This document shows, one piece after another, positions 1 to 9,126 of a stretch of 64,000 nucleotides of DNA. Location: assembly GCA_963703285.1 (NCBI GenBank), contig OY969807.1, positions 96,001 to 160,000 on the forward strand, given 5' to 3'. The notes beneath the pieces are model-generated. The model worked only from the letters and a program-made list of their open reading frames with translations. It ran no database searches and was not told the origin of the DNA. Source of the stretch: an uncultured Nitrososphaerota archaeon. Its GTDB lineage: Archaea > Thermoproteota > Nitrososphaeria > Nitrososphaerales > Gagatemarchaeaceae. A program made the position numbers and the translations under genes. How positions within the stretch are numbered: position 1 is the stretch's first letter; every line of letters begins with the position of its first letter.

Positions 1-140
1 TAGGCCAGCAGCCTGACTATGTACTCGAGGAGAGGCCTCCTCTTGGTACCTATGGGTATCATGGTCTTCTGGAAGTAGTTGGAGAGCGGCCTCAGCCTTG
101 TCCCTTCCCCGCCGCAGAGGACCGCCGCCTTGGTAACCAT
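1..140 (-). CDS. NDP-sugar pyrophosphorylase / nucleotidyltransferase, N-terminal part (runs off window)
   Basis: Hand translation from ATG at 140: MVTKAAVLCGGEGTRLRPLSNYFQKTMIPIG, matching the GGxGTRLRPL..PK motif. Confidence 0.85.
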   Translation of the reverse strand, partial: MVTKAAVLCGGEGTRLRPLSNYFQKTMIPIGTKRRPLLEYIVRLLA

Positions 141-229
141 GCCCGTTCCCGGGCTGCGCGGAGCCTTCACTTAAACCATCGACGGCCGGCAGGTTCCGCG
201 AAGATTCTTTAATCAACCGTTGAGGGTCG

Positions 230-1195
230 GTGCCAAGGCGCAGCGAGCCATTGAAGATGAAAGCGACTGTCGTGCTCTTCTTCGTCGTCTCGCTGGCTCT
301 CGCGCTCCTCCTCCCGGACGTCGGCTTCGCCCTCCCCTTCGTCTTCGGCTTGGCGTTCGGCCTGTACGGGGTGGCCGCGAGCCGCTCCCGGCGCCTCGAT
401 CCTCTCAACGACGCGCCGAACGCCCTCCGAGTCTTCCTGGGATCCTTGGGAGGGTACCTGGTGACCATCGACCGCGTCTTCATCTTCCCCTCCCTGGGAA
501 TCCTCCTGCTGTTTGGCGGCTTGTTCCTCAACGACGAGTTTCAGAGGCGGGCGATCTTCTCCCTGAGGAAGGGTCGCAGGGGGGGCTCCATCGCGCTGCT
601 CGGGATCGACGGCTCGGGCAAGTCCACCCACTCGGCAGTCACGAGCGGCTGGCTCGAGGGGCGGGGATACAGGGTAAAGTTGATGCCCTTCCACAGGTAC
701 CTGTTCGTAGAGAGGCTCTCCTCCCTCTCTTCCTCCGTCAGGGGGGCCCCAGCCGCCCGCAGGAGGAACCCCCTCAGGCCGGTCGTCTCTCTGGTGGACA
801 ACCTCCTCCTCCAGCTATCGTCGTCCATCGGCTCGAGGTTGGAGGGAACGATCGTGATCTATGACCGCTTCATCTGGAGCACCTACATCAAGTACGAGGC
901 GCTGGGCTACCCGGTGAAGCCGCTCTCGTTCCTGTACCTGCTCCCCCGTCCTTACTTCGCGATAGTCCTCGACGTGCCCATCGAGAGGTCGCTGAAGGTG
1001 ATCGACGAGCGAGACTCACACATCCGCTATCCCGGACGCGTGCTCGAGCGCGAGAGGGAGCGCTACCTTGGCATCGCCGAGAAGAACGGCTACCCAGTCA
1101 TCGACTCGACAGCGCCCTTCGACGACGTGCAATCGAAGATCGAGGGCCGCCTGTCGAAACTCTTCCCGAGCGCGGCTGGAGCGGAGCCGAATTGA
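230..1195 (+). CDS. Thymidylate-kinase-like P-loop protein with N-terminal membrane domain
   Basis: Hydrophobic N-terminal ~100 aa; GIDGSGKST P-loop; IYDRF motif; start could be 251 or 257. Confidence 0.7.
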   Translation: MPRRSEPLKMKATVVLFFVVSLALALLLPDVGFALPFVFGLAFGLYGVAASRSRRLDPLNDAPNALRVFLGSLGGYLVTIDRVFIFPSLGILLLFGGLFLNDEFQRRAIFSLRKGRRGGSIALLGIDGSGKSTHSAVTSGWLEGRGYRVKLMPFHRYLFVERLSSLSSSVRGAPAARRRNPLRPVVSLVDNLLLQLSSSIGSRLEGTIVIYDRFIWSTYIKYEALGYPVKPLSFLYLLPRPYFAIVLDVPIERSLKVIDERDSHIRYPGRVLERERERYLGIAEKNGYPVIDSTAPFDDVQSKIEGRLSKLFPSAAGAEPN

Positions 1196-2415
1196 CCGAC
1201 CAGCGCACCTACGCCGCGTCTACCATCGAGGACAGCCTCGGCCTCCTAGAGGGCTCGCTCAAGCCGAAGGGGCTCCCCGAGGGCCTCGTGGACTCGATCT
1301 CGTCGGCGGTCCGCGGCCGTCCTCCCAAGGAGACCGAGGGGCCCAGCATCGAGAAGCAGGTGATCGCGCTCCTCGCCGACGCCAGGGCGTCCGCCCTGGC
1401 AAAGGACGGCTTCTTCGTGCGCAAGGCCAGGTGGCCGCGCGCAGCTCCCTTCGCCGTCTGCCTCACCCACGACGTGGACAACATCTCCCGGCCGAGGGGG
1501 CACCTCTGGAGGACCAGGTCGAGGTTCGGCAGGTGGGACCTCATCAGGGGCTTACTCGGCCTGGCGTCTCTCTACGACAACGTGGACCTCATATCCTCGA
1601 GGGAGGAGTCGCGGGGCTTCCACTCCAGCTTCTACTACCTCTCCTCGAACTACCCGCTGGCGGACGTGCGCCGGGACGCGGGGCGCATACGCGCCTCGGG
1701 CTGGGACGTCGGGCTGCACGGGGACTTCGGCACGCACGATTCGCAGGAGAAGATGCACTCGGCTGTGTTGCAGTTCTCCAGGGGGATGGGTTTCAAACCC
1801 CTTGGACTGAGGGAGCACTACCTGAGGTTTGACTTCGCCAAGTCGTGGAAGATCATGGAGGCCGAGGGCTTCGACTACGACACGACCATCGGGACGACGG
1901 ACCGTCTCGGGTTCAAGCTGGGACTGGCAACCCCGTTCCACCCTCCCGACGACTCTTGGTCCGAGATGAACCTGCTCGAGCTCCCGCTCGTTCTCATGGA
2001 CACCACGCTCTGGGGGTACCTCAAGAGGTCCGAGGAGGATGGCTACGCCGACGCGATGATGATGATGAAGAGGGTCGAGGAGGTCGAGGGGCTCTTCACC
2101 CTCCTGTGGCACCAGGAAGCGGTGAGGATGAAGGGAGGAAGGATGTACTGGCGGCTCCTGGACGAGTTCATGCGCAGGGGATGCTATGTCGGGAGCGGCG
2201 CCGAGGTCGCGGGGTGGTGGCGCGAGAGGTCTCTTCCGCTCCTGAAGGAAGGCAAGGCGATCAGGTTCTCCGGGGAACCTCCGAGCGAACTCGTCCTGAG
2301 GCTGAACGTCGCAGAGGGGCGCACCCCGAGGGTCTCGTCGGGCACGCTCACGCGCAGCGGGGAGGAGATATTAGTGAGGCCGCAGGGCGCGAACTTCAGG
2401 CTCGAGGTGACCTAG
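1192..2415 (+). CDS. Polysaccharide deacetylase family protein
   Basis: LTHDVD, VGLHG, REHYLRF, YDTT and LLWH motifs; TTGA overlap with upstream gene. Confidence 0.8.
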   Translation: MTDQRTYAASTIEDSLGLLEGSLKPKGLPEGLVDSISSAVRGRPPKETEGPSIEKQVIALLADARASALAKDGFFVRKARWPRAAPFAVCLTHDVDNISRPRGHLWRTRSRFGRWDLIRGLLGLASLYDNVDLISSREESRGFHSSFYYLSSNYPLADVRRDAGRIRASGWDVGLHGDFGTHDSQEKMHSAVLQFSRGMGFKPLGLREHYLRFDFAKSWKIMEAEGFDYDTTIGTTDRLGFKLGLATPFHPPDDSWSEMNLLELPLVLMDTTLWGYLKRSEEDGYADAMMMMKRVEEVEGLFTLLWHQEAVRMKGGRMYWRLLDEFMRRGCYVGSGAEVAGWWRERSLPLLKEGKAIRFSGEPPSELVLRLNVAEGRTPRVSSGTLTRSGEEILVRPQGANFRLEVT

Positions 2416-2427
2416 ACGGCAGAACGC

Positions 2428-3522
2428 GTGCTCGTGACCGGTTCGGGAGGTTTGGCTGGCGTGAACTTTGTCAGAGCGCTCAGGGCCTCCAGCAGGAAGT
2501 ATTACATCGTCGGGGCCGACTTCAGCAGCTATCACATAGTCTACCCCGACGTCGACGCCCGGTACCTAACCCCGAGGCACACGGACCCGTCTTTCGTCCC
2601 CACGGTCGCTTCGCTCGTGAAAGCCGAGAAGGTCGATTTCCTTCACCCCCAACCCTCCAGCGAGGCATTCGTGATTGCCTCGAACAGGAAGAGGATCGGC
2701 TGCCGCGTCTTCCTCCCGGACAGGAGGGTGATGGCCCTGGGACAGGACAAGCTCCTCTCGCAGCAGGCGCTGGCCAGAAAGAAGGTTCCCGTCCCGAAGA
2801 CGAGGACTGTCGAATCGATCGGCGAGGTGAAAGAGGCCTTCTCGGAGCTCTCCCTCGACCTCTCCCCGGAACCGGGTTCGCCGCTGTGGGTCAGGGCGAG
2901 GCACGGAGCGGGCGGGAAGCTGAGCCTCCTCTGCAACGGCTACCGAGAGGCTCAGCACTGGATGGGCCTCTGGGTCCTGAGGGGGAACCCCATCAGCGAG
3001 TTCATAATTCAGGAGTATCTCCCGGGGAGGAACATCGCCTGGGACAGCATCTGGTCCGACGGCTCGCTCGTCACATCCTACGCTAGGGAGAGGCTCGAGT
3101 ATCCCTTCAAGCACATCTCACCCTCCGGTATAACCGGGACGCCCTCCGTAGCGAGGATCGTCAAGGACGATAGGGTGAACGCCGTGGGTCAGGCTGGGGT
3201 CAGGGCGATTGACCCCCATCCGCATGGCGCATACTCGGTGGACGTGAAGGAGTCTTCGACCGGCGAGGTCTGCGTCACCGAGGTCGACGCTGGGAAGTTC
3301 CACTCCACGATGCCGCTTTGGGGGTACATCGCGGTGAAGCACCTCGGGCTGCCCTGGTACGCGAACCTCGCGGACCTTTACCTGAGGCTGGGGATGGGCG
3401 AGAAGGTTCCCTCCTCCATCCCGCGCACCGACCTCATCCCCGAGGGCAACTACCTGCTGAGGGACATGGACGTCGGGGCGTTTCTCTGGCGCGAGGACGG
3501 CTTCAAGGAGAAGGTGCTTTGA
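2428..3522 (+). CDS. ATP-grasp protein (CarB-like, glycan-cluster type)
   Basis: VLVTGSGG N-terminus, DKLLSQQAL, IIQEYLPG, TEVDAGKF; possible ACG start at 2416. Confidence 0.75.
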   Translation: MLVTGSGGLAGVNFVRALRASSRKYYIVGADFSSYHIVYPDVDARYLTPRHTDPSFVPTVASLVKAEKVDFLHPQPSSEAFVIASNRKRIGCRVFLPDRRVMALGQDKLLSQQALARKKVPVPKTRTVESIGEVKEAFSELSLDLSPEPGSPLWVRARHGAGGKLSLLCNGYREAQHWMGLWVLRGNPISEFIIQEYLPGRNIAWDSIWSDGSLVTSYARERLEYPFKHISPSGITGTPSVARIVKDDRVNAVGQAGVRAIDPHPHGAYSVDVKESSTGEVCVTEVDAGKFHSTMPLWGYIAVKHLGLPWYANLADLYLRLGMGEKVPSSIPRTDLIPEGNYLLRDMDVGAFLWREDGFKEKVL

Positions 3523-4112
3523 CCGCGGCGCCGCTTGCCTACGTTTTCGACTTCGACGGGACCCTCGGCGAGATACCCGTGGACTGGGACGGGGTGAGGG
3601 AGGGCCTGAGGAGGGTCACGGCCAACTCCTCAGAGTTCAGGCCCGTCTTCCCGACGCTGGGTGGCGTGATTGCAAAGAACCCGAAGCTCGCCGCCCCTGC
3701 GTTCAAGGTCATAGACGAGTTCGAGGCCGCGGCGGCGCCTTCCGCCCGCCTGTACGAAGGGAGCGTCGACCTGCTCTCCAGGCTCGCGGAGACCACCAAG
3801 GTCTCACTGGTCACGATGCAGGGGAGGAGGGCGTGCTCCCAGGTGCTGGACCGTTTCGGCCTCAAGCAGTTCTTCATCGAGTGCTTCACCAGGGAGGACT
3901 CCCTGGACAGGGCCGAACAGATAGGGCTGGCTCTGACCGCGATGAAGGCCCAAAGGCAGACGAGCATGTTCATCGGCGACCGACTCAACGACCTCAGAGC
4001 CGCGAGGACAGTCGGGGTCCCCTTCACCCTCATCCGCACGCATGGGACGGACCCCGAGGACGACGTCCCGATCTACCACAGCCTGGCAGAGTTCTCGGCT
4101 GCAATCCTCTAG
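3519..4112 (+). CDS. HAD-superfamily hydrolase
   Basis: FDFDGTL motif I, IGDRLND motif IV; TTG start overlapping upstream TGA. Confidence 0.85.
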   Translation: MTAAPLAYVFDFDGTLGEIPVDWDGVREGLRRVTANSSEFRPVFPTLGGVIAKNPKLAAPAFKVIDEFEAAAAPSARLYEGSVDLLSRLAETTKVSLVTMQGRRACSQVLDRFGLKQFFIECFTREDSLDRAEQIGLALTAMKAQRQTSMFIGDRLNDLRAARTVGVPFTLIRTHGTDPEDDVPIYHSLAEFSAAIL

Positions 4113-4912
4113 CCGCCTTCAAGCCTCGCGAGGATGCGGGCGTGAAGGGTACCGTTCGCCCCAGCCACAAGGCTGAACCTCTCCCGGACGTTCATCGCAG
4201 GGTCGAGCGCCGTACCGCTATGATCGCTGAAGACACCCCCCGCCTGCCTGGCTATCAGGTACGCGGCGGCCACATCGACCACCCTCGCCCTTCCCCTGAC
4301 GTCGACGATGCCGTCGAGCCTGCCCTCGGCGAAGAAGCACGTCTCGAGGGCGTTCGCCCCGAAGTGCATCTGCCTCTTTATGGAGGCTATCAGACCGTTG
4401 AGGCTCTTGACCACGGGCAGCGTGGTTCTGGAGATGTCTATGCCCAGGGTGGCGTCCCGCAGCTCGGAGGCGGCGCTCGTCTTGATCTCCGACCCGTTCT
4501 TCGTCGAGTACCCCGCCTTTTCTGAGTAGTACGTGTCTCCGTTGACGAGGTTTCGGACGAGCGCGTAGCTGGCGTCCTCGAGCCTCCTGCCCTCCAGCAC
4601 AGCTATCGACGTGCAGTAGAACGGTATTCCCCGCTCAAAGTTCGAGGAACCATCGATGGGGTCTACCACGACCGTCCATCTCGCTCCCTTCGGACCCGAC
4701 TCCCCGTGCTCCTCGGCGACGAACCTGACGTCGCCCTTCTGCCTCACTGCGTCGACTATCTCGTCCTCGGCCTCCTTGTCGACCCTCATCGTCACGTCCC
4801 CTGAGGCGCCCTCGCCCATACTCTCCGTCCCCTGCTGGGCCGAGACGAGCCTGTCCCTGACGTCTTGGACCCTCTCGGCCGCTTCGCGGAGCACCGATTC
4901 CCACTCTACCAT
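4109..4912 (-). CDS. Inositol monophosphatase / fructose-1,6-bisphosphatase family
   Basis: AEE, VDPIDGSSNF and DVAAAYLIARQAGG motifs. Confidence 0.9.
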   Translation of the reverse strand: MVEWESVLREAAERVQDVRDRLVSAQQGTESMGEGASGDVTMRVDKEAEDEIVDAVRQKGDVRFVAEEHGESGPKGARWTVVVDPIDGSSNFERGIPFYCTSIAVLEGRRLEDASYALVRNLVNGDTYYSEKAGYSTKNGSEIKTSAASELRDATLGIDISRTTLPVVKSLNGLIASIKRQMHFGANALETCFFAEGRLDGIVDVRGRARVVDVAAAYLIARQAGGVFSDHSGTALDPAMNVRERFSLVAGANGTLHARILARLEGG

Positions 4913-4959
4913 CGCTTCGTCGCCCCTACCCTGCCGGAGCCCCCGAATCAGCTTTACGA

Positions 4960-5577
4960 CTAGGGAAGGCTGAGCAGGACTCCGCTCTGGAAGATTGCGA
5001 GGTAGACCAGGTAGATCATGTACCCGACGGCGATGTAGGCGACTGTGGGCACGCCGTACTGCACCTCGACCATGGCGTTCTCGTCCGTCACCTTCTCGAC
5101 GTCATCTCGCGATATGTTCACGTCGTTGACCACCTCCTTCCTCTCCTGCCCCGAGATGACCGCCTTCGGGATCCACCTGGCCTCCTTCTTGAACTGCCGA
5201 ATTGGTATCACCTTGCTCTTCCCCGTCATGCCCGTAGCGAAGAGGTAGCCGATGTGGCAGAGAGCCACCCCCGCTATTGCGAAGAGGACTGGTAGCGGCG
5301 CCAGCGGCGCGGGGTCGGCCACCACGAGGACGAACGCAATGCCGTCGGCCTCGCCGACGAAGCCGTACCAGGCGATCACCAGGGCGATTCCGCCGATGAT
5401 CGCTATCCTGACCAGGAGAATGAGGTCCTCAGACGGCACGAAGTAGAACGCAAGGACGACACCGATGATGGCGGGGATCCACGCGACGTCCGAGACAAGT
5501 CTCTCCCTGATGTCTTGGTAGCCTGCAATCAGGAAGGATACCGCCATGAGTATCTGCAGGAACAAGCTCGCACGCAC
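4960..5577 (-). CDS. Prepilin/prearchaellin peptidase (A24, PibD/FlaK-like)
   Basis: QDIRERLVSD..W and GEAD aspartate motifs; multi-TM; adjacent to pilins; start GTG 5577 or TTG 5565. Confidence 0.75.
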   Translation of the reverse strand: MRASLFLQILMAVSFLIAGYQDIRERLVSDVAWIPAIIGVVLAFYFVPSEDLILLVRIAIIGGIALVIAWYGFVGEADGIAFVLVVADPAPLAPLPVLFAIAGVALCHIGYLFATGMTGKSKVIPIRQFKKEARWIPKAVISGQERKEVVNDVNISRDDVEKVTDENAMVEVQYGVPTVAYIAVGYMIYLVYLAIFQSGVLLSLP

Positions 5578-5617
5578 ACTCTGGCGGGCCTTATAAGCTC
5601 CGCCCGCTTGCTGGTCC

Positions 5618-6124
5618 ATGTCAAACCAGAATTTCGAGTCGCTCGTGAAGGCGCTCGCCTCCATCTGCCCGCTCGGAGGTCTCGCCGACTCGTTACAGGT
5701 AAGGTTCTCGAGGTTGCTCTCCTCCTCCCAGCTCTATCTCTCGCCGTTCCTCTACTCGCGGTTCTCCGTCTCCCTCGTCTTCTACCCGGCCATCGCGGAG
5801 GTCCTCGCGCTCCTCCTCCCGCGCCCCCAGAGCCTCATCATCATCGCCTCCCTCGCGCTCGTCCAGACGATCCCGCTACTGGTCCCCGCAATCTCCATCT
5901 CCTCGATCTCGTTCTTGAGCAGCTTCAACCAGGGCAGAGTGCCCTTCCTGCCCAGTTTCACCGCTGTTTCTGAGAGTTACATACTCCTCTCCATATCGAC
6001 GGTCTCGCTCCTGACGGGCGTGCTCCTCTCGAAGCTCTTCACCCAGACGACCAGGCACGCCATTGCCGTCCCGCTGCTGCTCGCCTCTACGATCGTTTCC
6101 CTACTGATCTTTGGGATCGTGTGA
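5618..6124 (+). CDS. Small multi-TM protein, possible reduced PilC/TadC-like platform
   Basis: Hydrophobic 168 aa ORF inside pilus locus; termini loosely resemble T2SSF proteins. Confidence 0.45.
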   Translation: MSNQNFESLVKALASICPLGGLADSLQVRFSRLLSSSQLYLSPFLYSRFSVSLVFYPAIAEVLALLLPRPQSLIIIASLALVQTIPLLVPAISISSISFLSSFNQGRVPFLPSFTAVSESYILLSISTVSLLTGVLLSKLFTQTTRHAIAVPLLLASTIVSLLIFGIV

Positions 6125-6161
6125 GAGGGGGCGATTAAATATCCCGCCCAGGTATGGGTGC

Positions 6162-6596
6162 ATGAAGACTCGCAACGGCATCAGCCCGTTTCTGGCGACG
6201 ATAATACTCGTCGTGATAACCCTGGCCATCGGCGGACTGCTCTACACACAGTTCAGCAACCTGATCGTGGCCCAGGTCAAGAACCCTTCGATGGACCTAA
6301 CGGACATCAACGTCGCGCCCAACGGCGAGAACATAATCCTCAGCATCAAGAACGACGGAAACGTCCCGATAAATATCACATCCTTCTCAGTCAGCTATGG
6401 ATCAGACCTCAACACGTTCAGGTTCAGCTCCTCGAATGTCACGGTACTCTCGTCTCCCTCCGGCGGGACCGACATTCAGCCCGGAGACATACTCACTGCA
6501 CAGATGTCCACCAACTTCGTGATTCCCAGCTTCAGCACCTTCACGGTGACGGTCGTCGGGGATCAGCTGGCGCGGGCGTTCAACGTGCAGTCATGA
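6162..6596 (+). CDS. Archaeal type IV pilin
   Basis: Class III signal MKTRNG|ISPFLATIILVVITLAIGG; IKNDGN motif. Confidence 0.85.
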   Translation: MKTRNGISPFLATIILVVITLAIGGLLYTQFSNLIVAQVKNPSMDLTDINVAPNGENIILSIKNDGNVPINITSFSVSYGSDLNTFRFSSSNVTVLSSPSGGTDIQPGDILTAQMSTNFVIPSFSTFTVTVVGDQLARAFNVQS

Positions 6597-7213
6597 GGAC
6601 CTCGAAGGCGATAAGCGGATTCGTCGCGACGCTGGTGCTCGTGGCGATCGCGCTGTCGCTCTCCTACGTCGTCTACGAGGGGGTCAGCAAGCTCACCCCT
6701 CCCAAGACGGACGTCTATTCCAACCAGGTCCTGAGCCTCGGCGGCTCCCCCCAGATTGACGAAATCCAGGTCAACGCATCCTCGGAGAGCACGCCACAGG
6801 CGTTCGAGGCCGACTCGGCGGGTTCGGCCTCTGGGATTCTGTACTTCAACGGGTCAGAATACGGGACGACACGCCTGCTCTGCCTCCCGGGCTCCACCAC
6901 GTTCTTCTCTGTCTACACTGCCACGCCCGGCCTGCTCCGGGTTTCAGCCACAGGCGCTGAGTGGATCGACGGGGTGATGACGAGTTCGCTGAGCGTGACG
7001 CCGGGGTGGCACGAGGTGATGTTCACGGACTCGGCCTCCTGCAGCGTGACCGCGCCCGACGGCTCTGGACTCGCATACCCCAACGCCGACGTCAGCTCCA
7101 TCCCCATAATCGGTCCGGTCCCATCGACCAGCTTCACGATGTATCTCCCGACCGATGGCCTCGGCCATTCACTCGTCCTCGTCTTCGATGGAGGCTACGA
7201 CCGGATTGCGTAG
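6593..7213 (+). CDS. Archaeal type IV pilin-like (minor pilin)
   Basis: MRTSKA|ISGFVATLVLVAIAL; ATGA overlap. Confidence 0.8.
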   Translation: MRTSKAISGFVATLVLVAIALSLSYVVYEGVSKLTPPKTDVYSNQVLSLGGSPQIDEIQVNASSESTPQAFEADSAGSASGILYFNGSEYGTTRLLCLPGSTTFFSVYTATPGLLRVSATGAEWIDGVMTSSLSVTPGWHEVMFTDSASCSVTAPDGSGLAYPNADVSSIPIIGPVPSTSFTMYLPTDGLGHSLVLVFDGGYDRIA

Positions 7214-7610
7214 GTCGAAGGGGGTCAGCGAGGTTGTCTCTTCGGTCACGATGCTCGCAATCACGATCGCGGTCCTGGGTGGCGTGGGCGTGATATCCCT
7301 CGGGTCCCTTAGGAGCGCCAACGGCCTCCTGCTTACGGGCTCCCAGAACGCCGCGTCGGCGGAGGGGGTCCTGCTGACGGTCGTTTCGACGCAGGGCAAC
7401 GCTTCCGGCACTTACGTCTGGCTCTTCAACTACGGATGGACGCCCGCGCAGATCACCCAGATCTACTTGAACGGGGGGCAGATCGCTGGTTGGACCTCGA
7501 CATGCAGCCCCCTCCAGCCGAAGGGGATCTGCGACGTCAGGCTGGCTCCCGGCGCCCACGGCTCGGTGACAATTGCGTTTGGAACAAGAACCGTCAGCCT
7601 CACGTTATAG
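7206..7610 (+). CDS. Archaeal type IV pilin-like
   Basis: TTG start, MRRSKG|VSEVVSSVTMLAITI; WLFNYG motif. Confidence 0.8.
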   Translation: MRRSKGVSEVVSSVTMLAITIAVLGGVGVISLGSLRSANGLLLTGSQNAASAEGVLLTVVSTQGNASGTYVWLFNYGWTPAQITQIYLNGGQIAGWTSTCSPLQPKGICDVRLAPGAHGSVTIAFGTRTVSLTL

Positions 7611-9126
7611 GTCTCTGGCCGGCCTGAAGATTCGCAAGACACGCCCGGCCGAGCCGAAGGCAGCCCTCGAGACGATACCGTTCGAGCCTCCGCGCGGCGG
7701 CGCCATGACCGAGAACTATCTGGTCGACTACGAGATACGCACCGCCGACTCCATCTCCTACAGGGCGAGCTACACCGTGTACATCTACGAGGCGGAGGGC
7801 AGGGGACTCTACCTTGTGAAGGAGCCGTACCTCTCGCCGGAGCTGAGCGCGGCGGTCGCGAAGGCGATAAACTCCCTGACATCCTGGCTCGCGCCCTCTC
7901 CGATAATCTCGGTCGACCCCCTCGGATACCTCTTCGCCGAGATAAGGAGAGCGGGGTTCCTCAGCTCGCGCGTGACCGAGGAGGACCTGCAGGCGGCGAC
8001 CCACTACCTGATGAGGGACATCCTCGGCTACTCGACCATCGACCCACTAATTCGCGACGGAGCGATCGAGGACATCTCCTGCGAGGGCGCTGGGAGGCCA
8101 GTGAAGGTCTGGCACAGGAAGTTCAACTCGCACGGCTGGCTCGAGACGAACATCGCTTTCGCACAGCCTGAGAAGCTCGACGCCGTGGTCTCGAGGCTGG
8201 TCCACAGGTCCAACAGGTCCTTGTCCGTCTCCTCCCCAATCGTCGACTGCGTCCTCCCGGAGGGTTACAGGCTGGCCGCGACATGGGGCAAGGAGGTCAC
8301 CAGCCTGGGCAGCAGCTTCAGCATCCGCAAGCTCCGCGCCGTCCCGTACACGGTCTCCGAATTGATCCGGGCCGGGACCCTCGATTCGAAGGTCGCGGCG
8401 TACCTGTGGATGCTGATGGAGATGAAGGGGTTCGTCATCGTGGCGGGGGTTACCGCCTCGGGGAAGACAACCCTGCTCAACGCCCTGGGGACCGTCATCA
8501 ATCCCAACTGGAAGGTCCTGTCCATCGAGGACACAAGGGAGATCAGCCTGCCCCAGTCGGGATGGAAGCCCCTCCACACGAAGCACACACAGACCCCCGG
8601 GTCGGACGTCTCGCTCTTCGACCTCGTCAAGCTCAGCCTGAGGGAGAGGCCCGACTACGTGATCCTCGGCGAATCCAGGGGGGAGGAGGTTCAGGTTCTC
8701 TTCCAGGCCGCGGCCTCCGGGTCTGGCTGCCTGACCACGTTCCACGCCCAGAACACGGAGGGCCTGGTCGCGAGGCTCACGCAGCCTCCCCTCTCGGTCG
8801 CAGCCTCGTCCCTCGACCTGATAGACGCGGTCGTCTTCATGGTCCGGGACGCGAAGGGCGCGAGGTACGTCCACCGAGTCGTGGAGCCGGGAAGAGAGTG
8901 GAACGAGGTTTTCACCCGCGCAGGGGAGGCGTGGGAGGGGTCGGCCGAGACGTCAACGAAGCTCGAACGCAGGGCCGCGGCCTACGGATTATCGTCCAGG
9001 AGGGTCTCATCTGACCTCGAGAGGAGGTCGAGGTTTCTGGAGGAGGTCGTCGGCAAGGGCGTGGCGGAGTACGGGGCGCTCTCACGCGAGCTCGCCCGAT
9101 TCTACAGCTCCGACCTGACCTTCTGA
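7573..9126 (+). CDS. Type II/IV secretion ATPase (PilB/ArlI/VirB11-like)
   Basis: IEDISC, GVTASGKTT Walker A, SIEDTRE, RERPDYVILGESRG; true start uncertain (possibly ATG 7705). Confidence 0.9.
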   Translation: MRLEQEPSASRYRSLAGLKIRKTRPAEPKAALETIPFEPPRGGAMTENYLVDYEIRTADSISYRASYTVYIYEAEGRGLYLVKEPYLSPELSAAVAKAINSLTSWLAPSPIISVDPLGYLFAEIRRAGFLSSRVTEEDLQAATHYLMRDILGYSTIDPLIRDGAIEDISCEGAGRPVKVWHRKFNSHGWLETNIAFAQPEKLDAVVSRLVHRSNRSLSVSSPIVDCVLPEGYRLAATWGKEVTSLGSSFSIRKLRAVPYTVSELIRAGTLDSKVAAYLWMLMEMKGFVIVAGVTASGKTTLLNALGTVINPNWKVLSIEDTREISLPQSGWKPLHTKHTQTPGSDVSLFDLVKLSLRERPDYVILGESRGEEVQVLFQAAASGSGCLTTFHAQNTEGLVARLTQPPLSVAASSLDLIDAVVFMVRDAKGARYVHRVVEPGREWNEVFTRAGEAWEGSAETSTKLERRAAAYGLSSRRVSSDLERRSRFLEEVVGKGVAEYGALSRELARFYSSDLTF

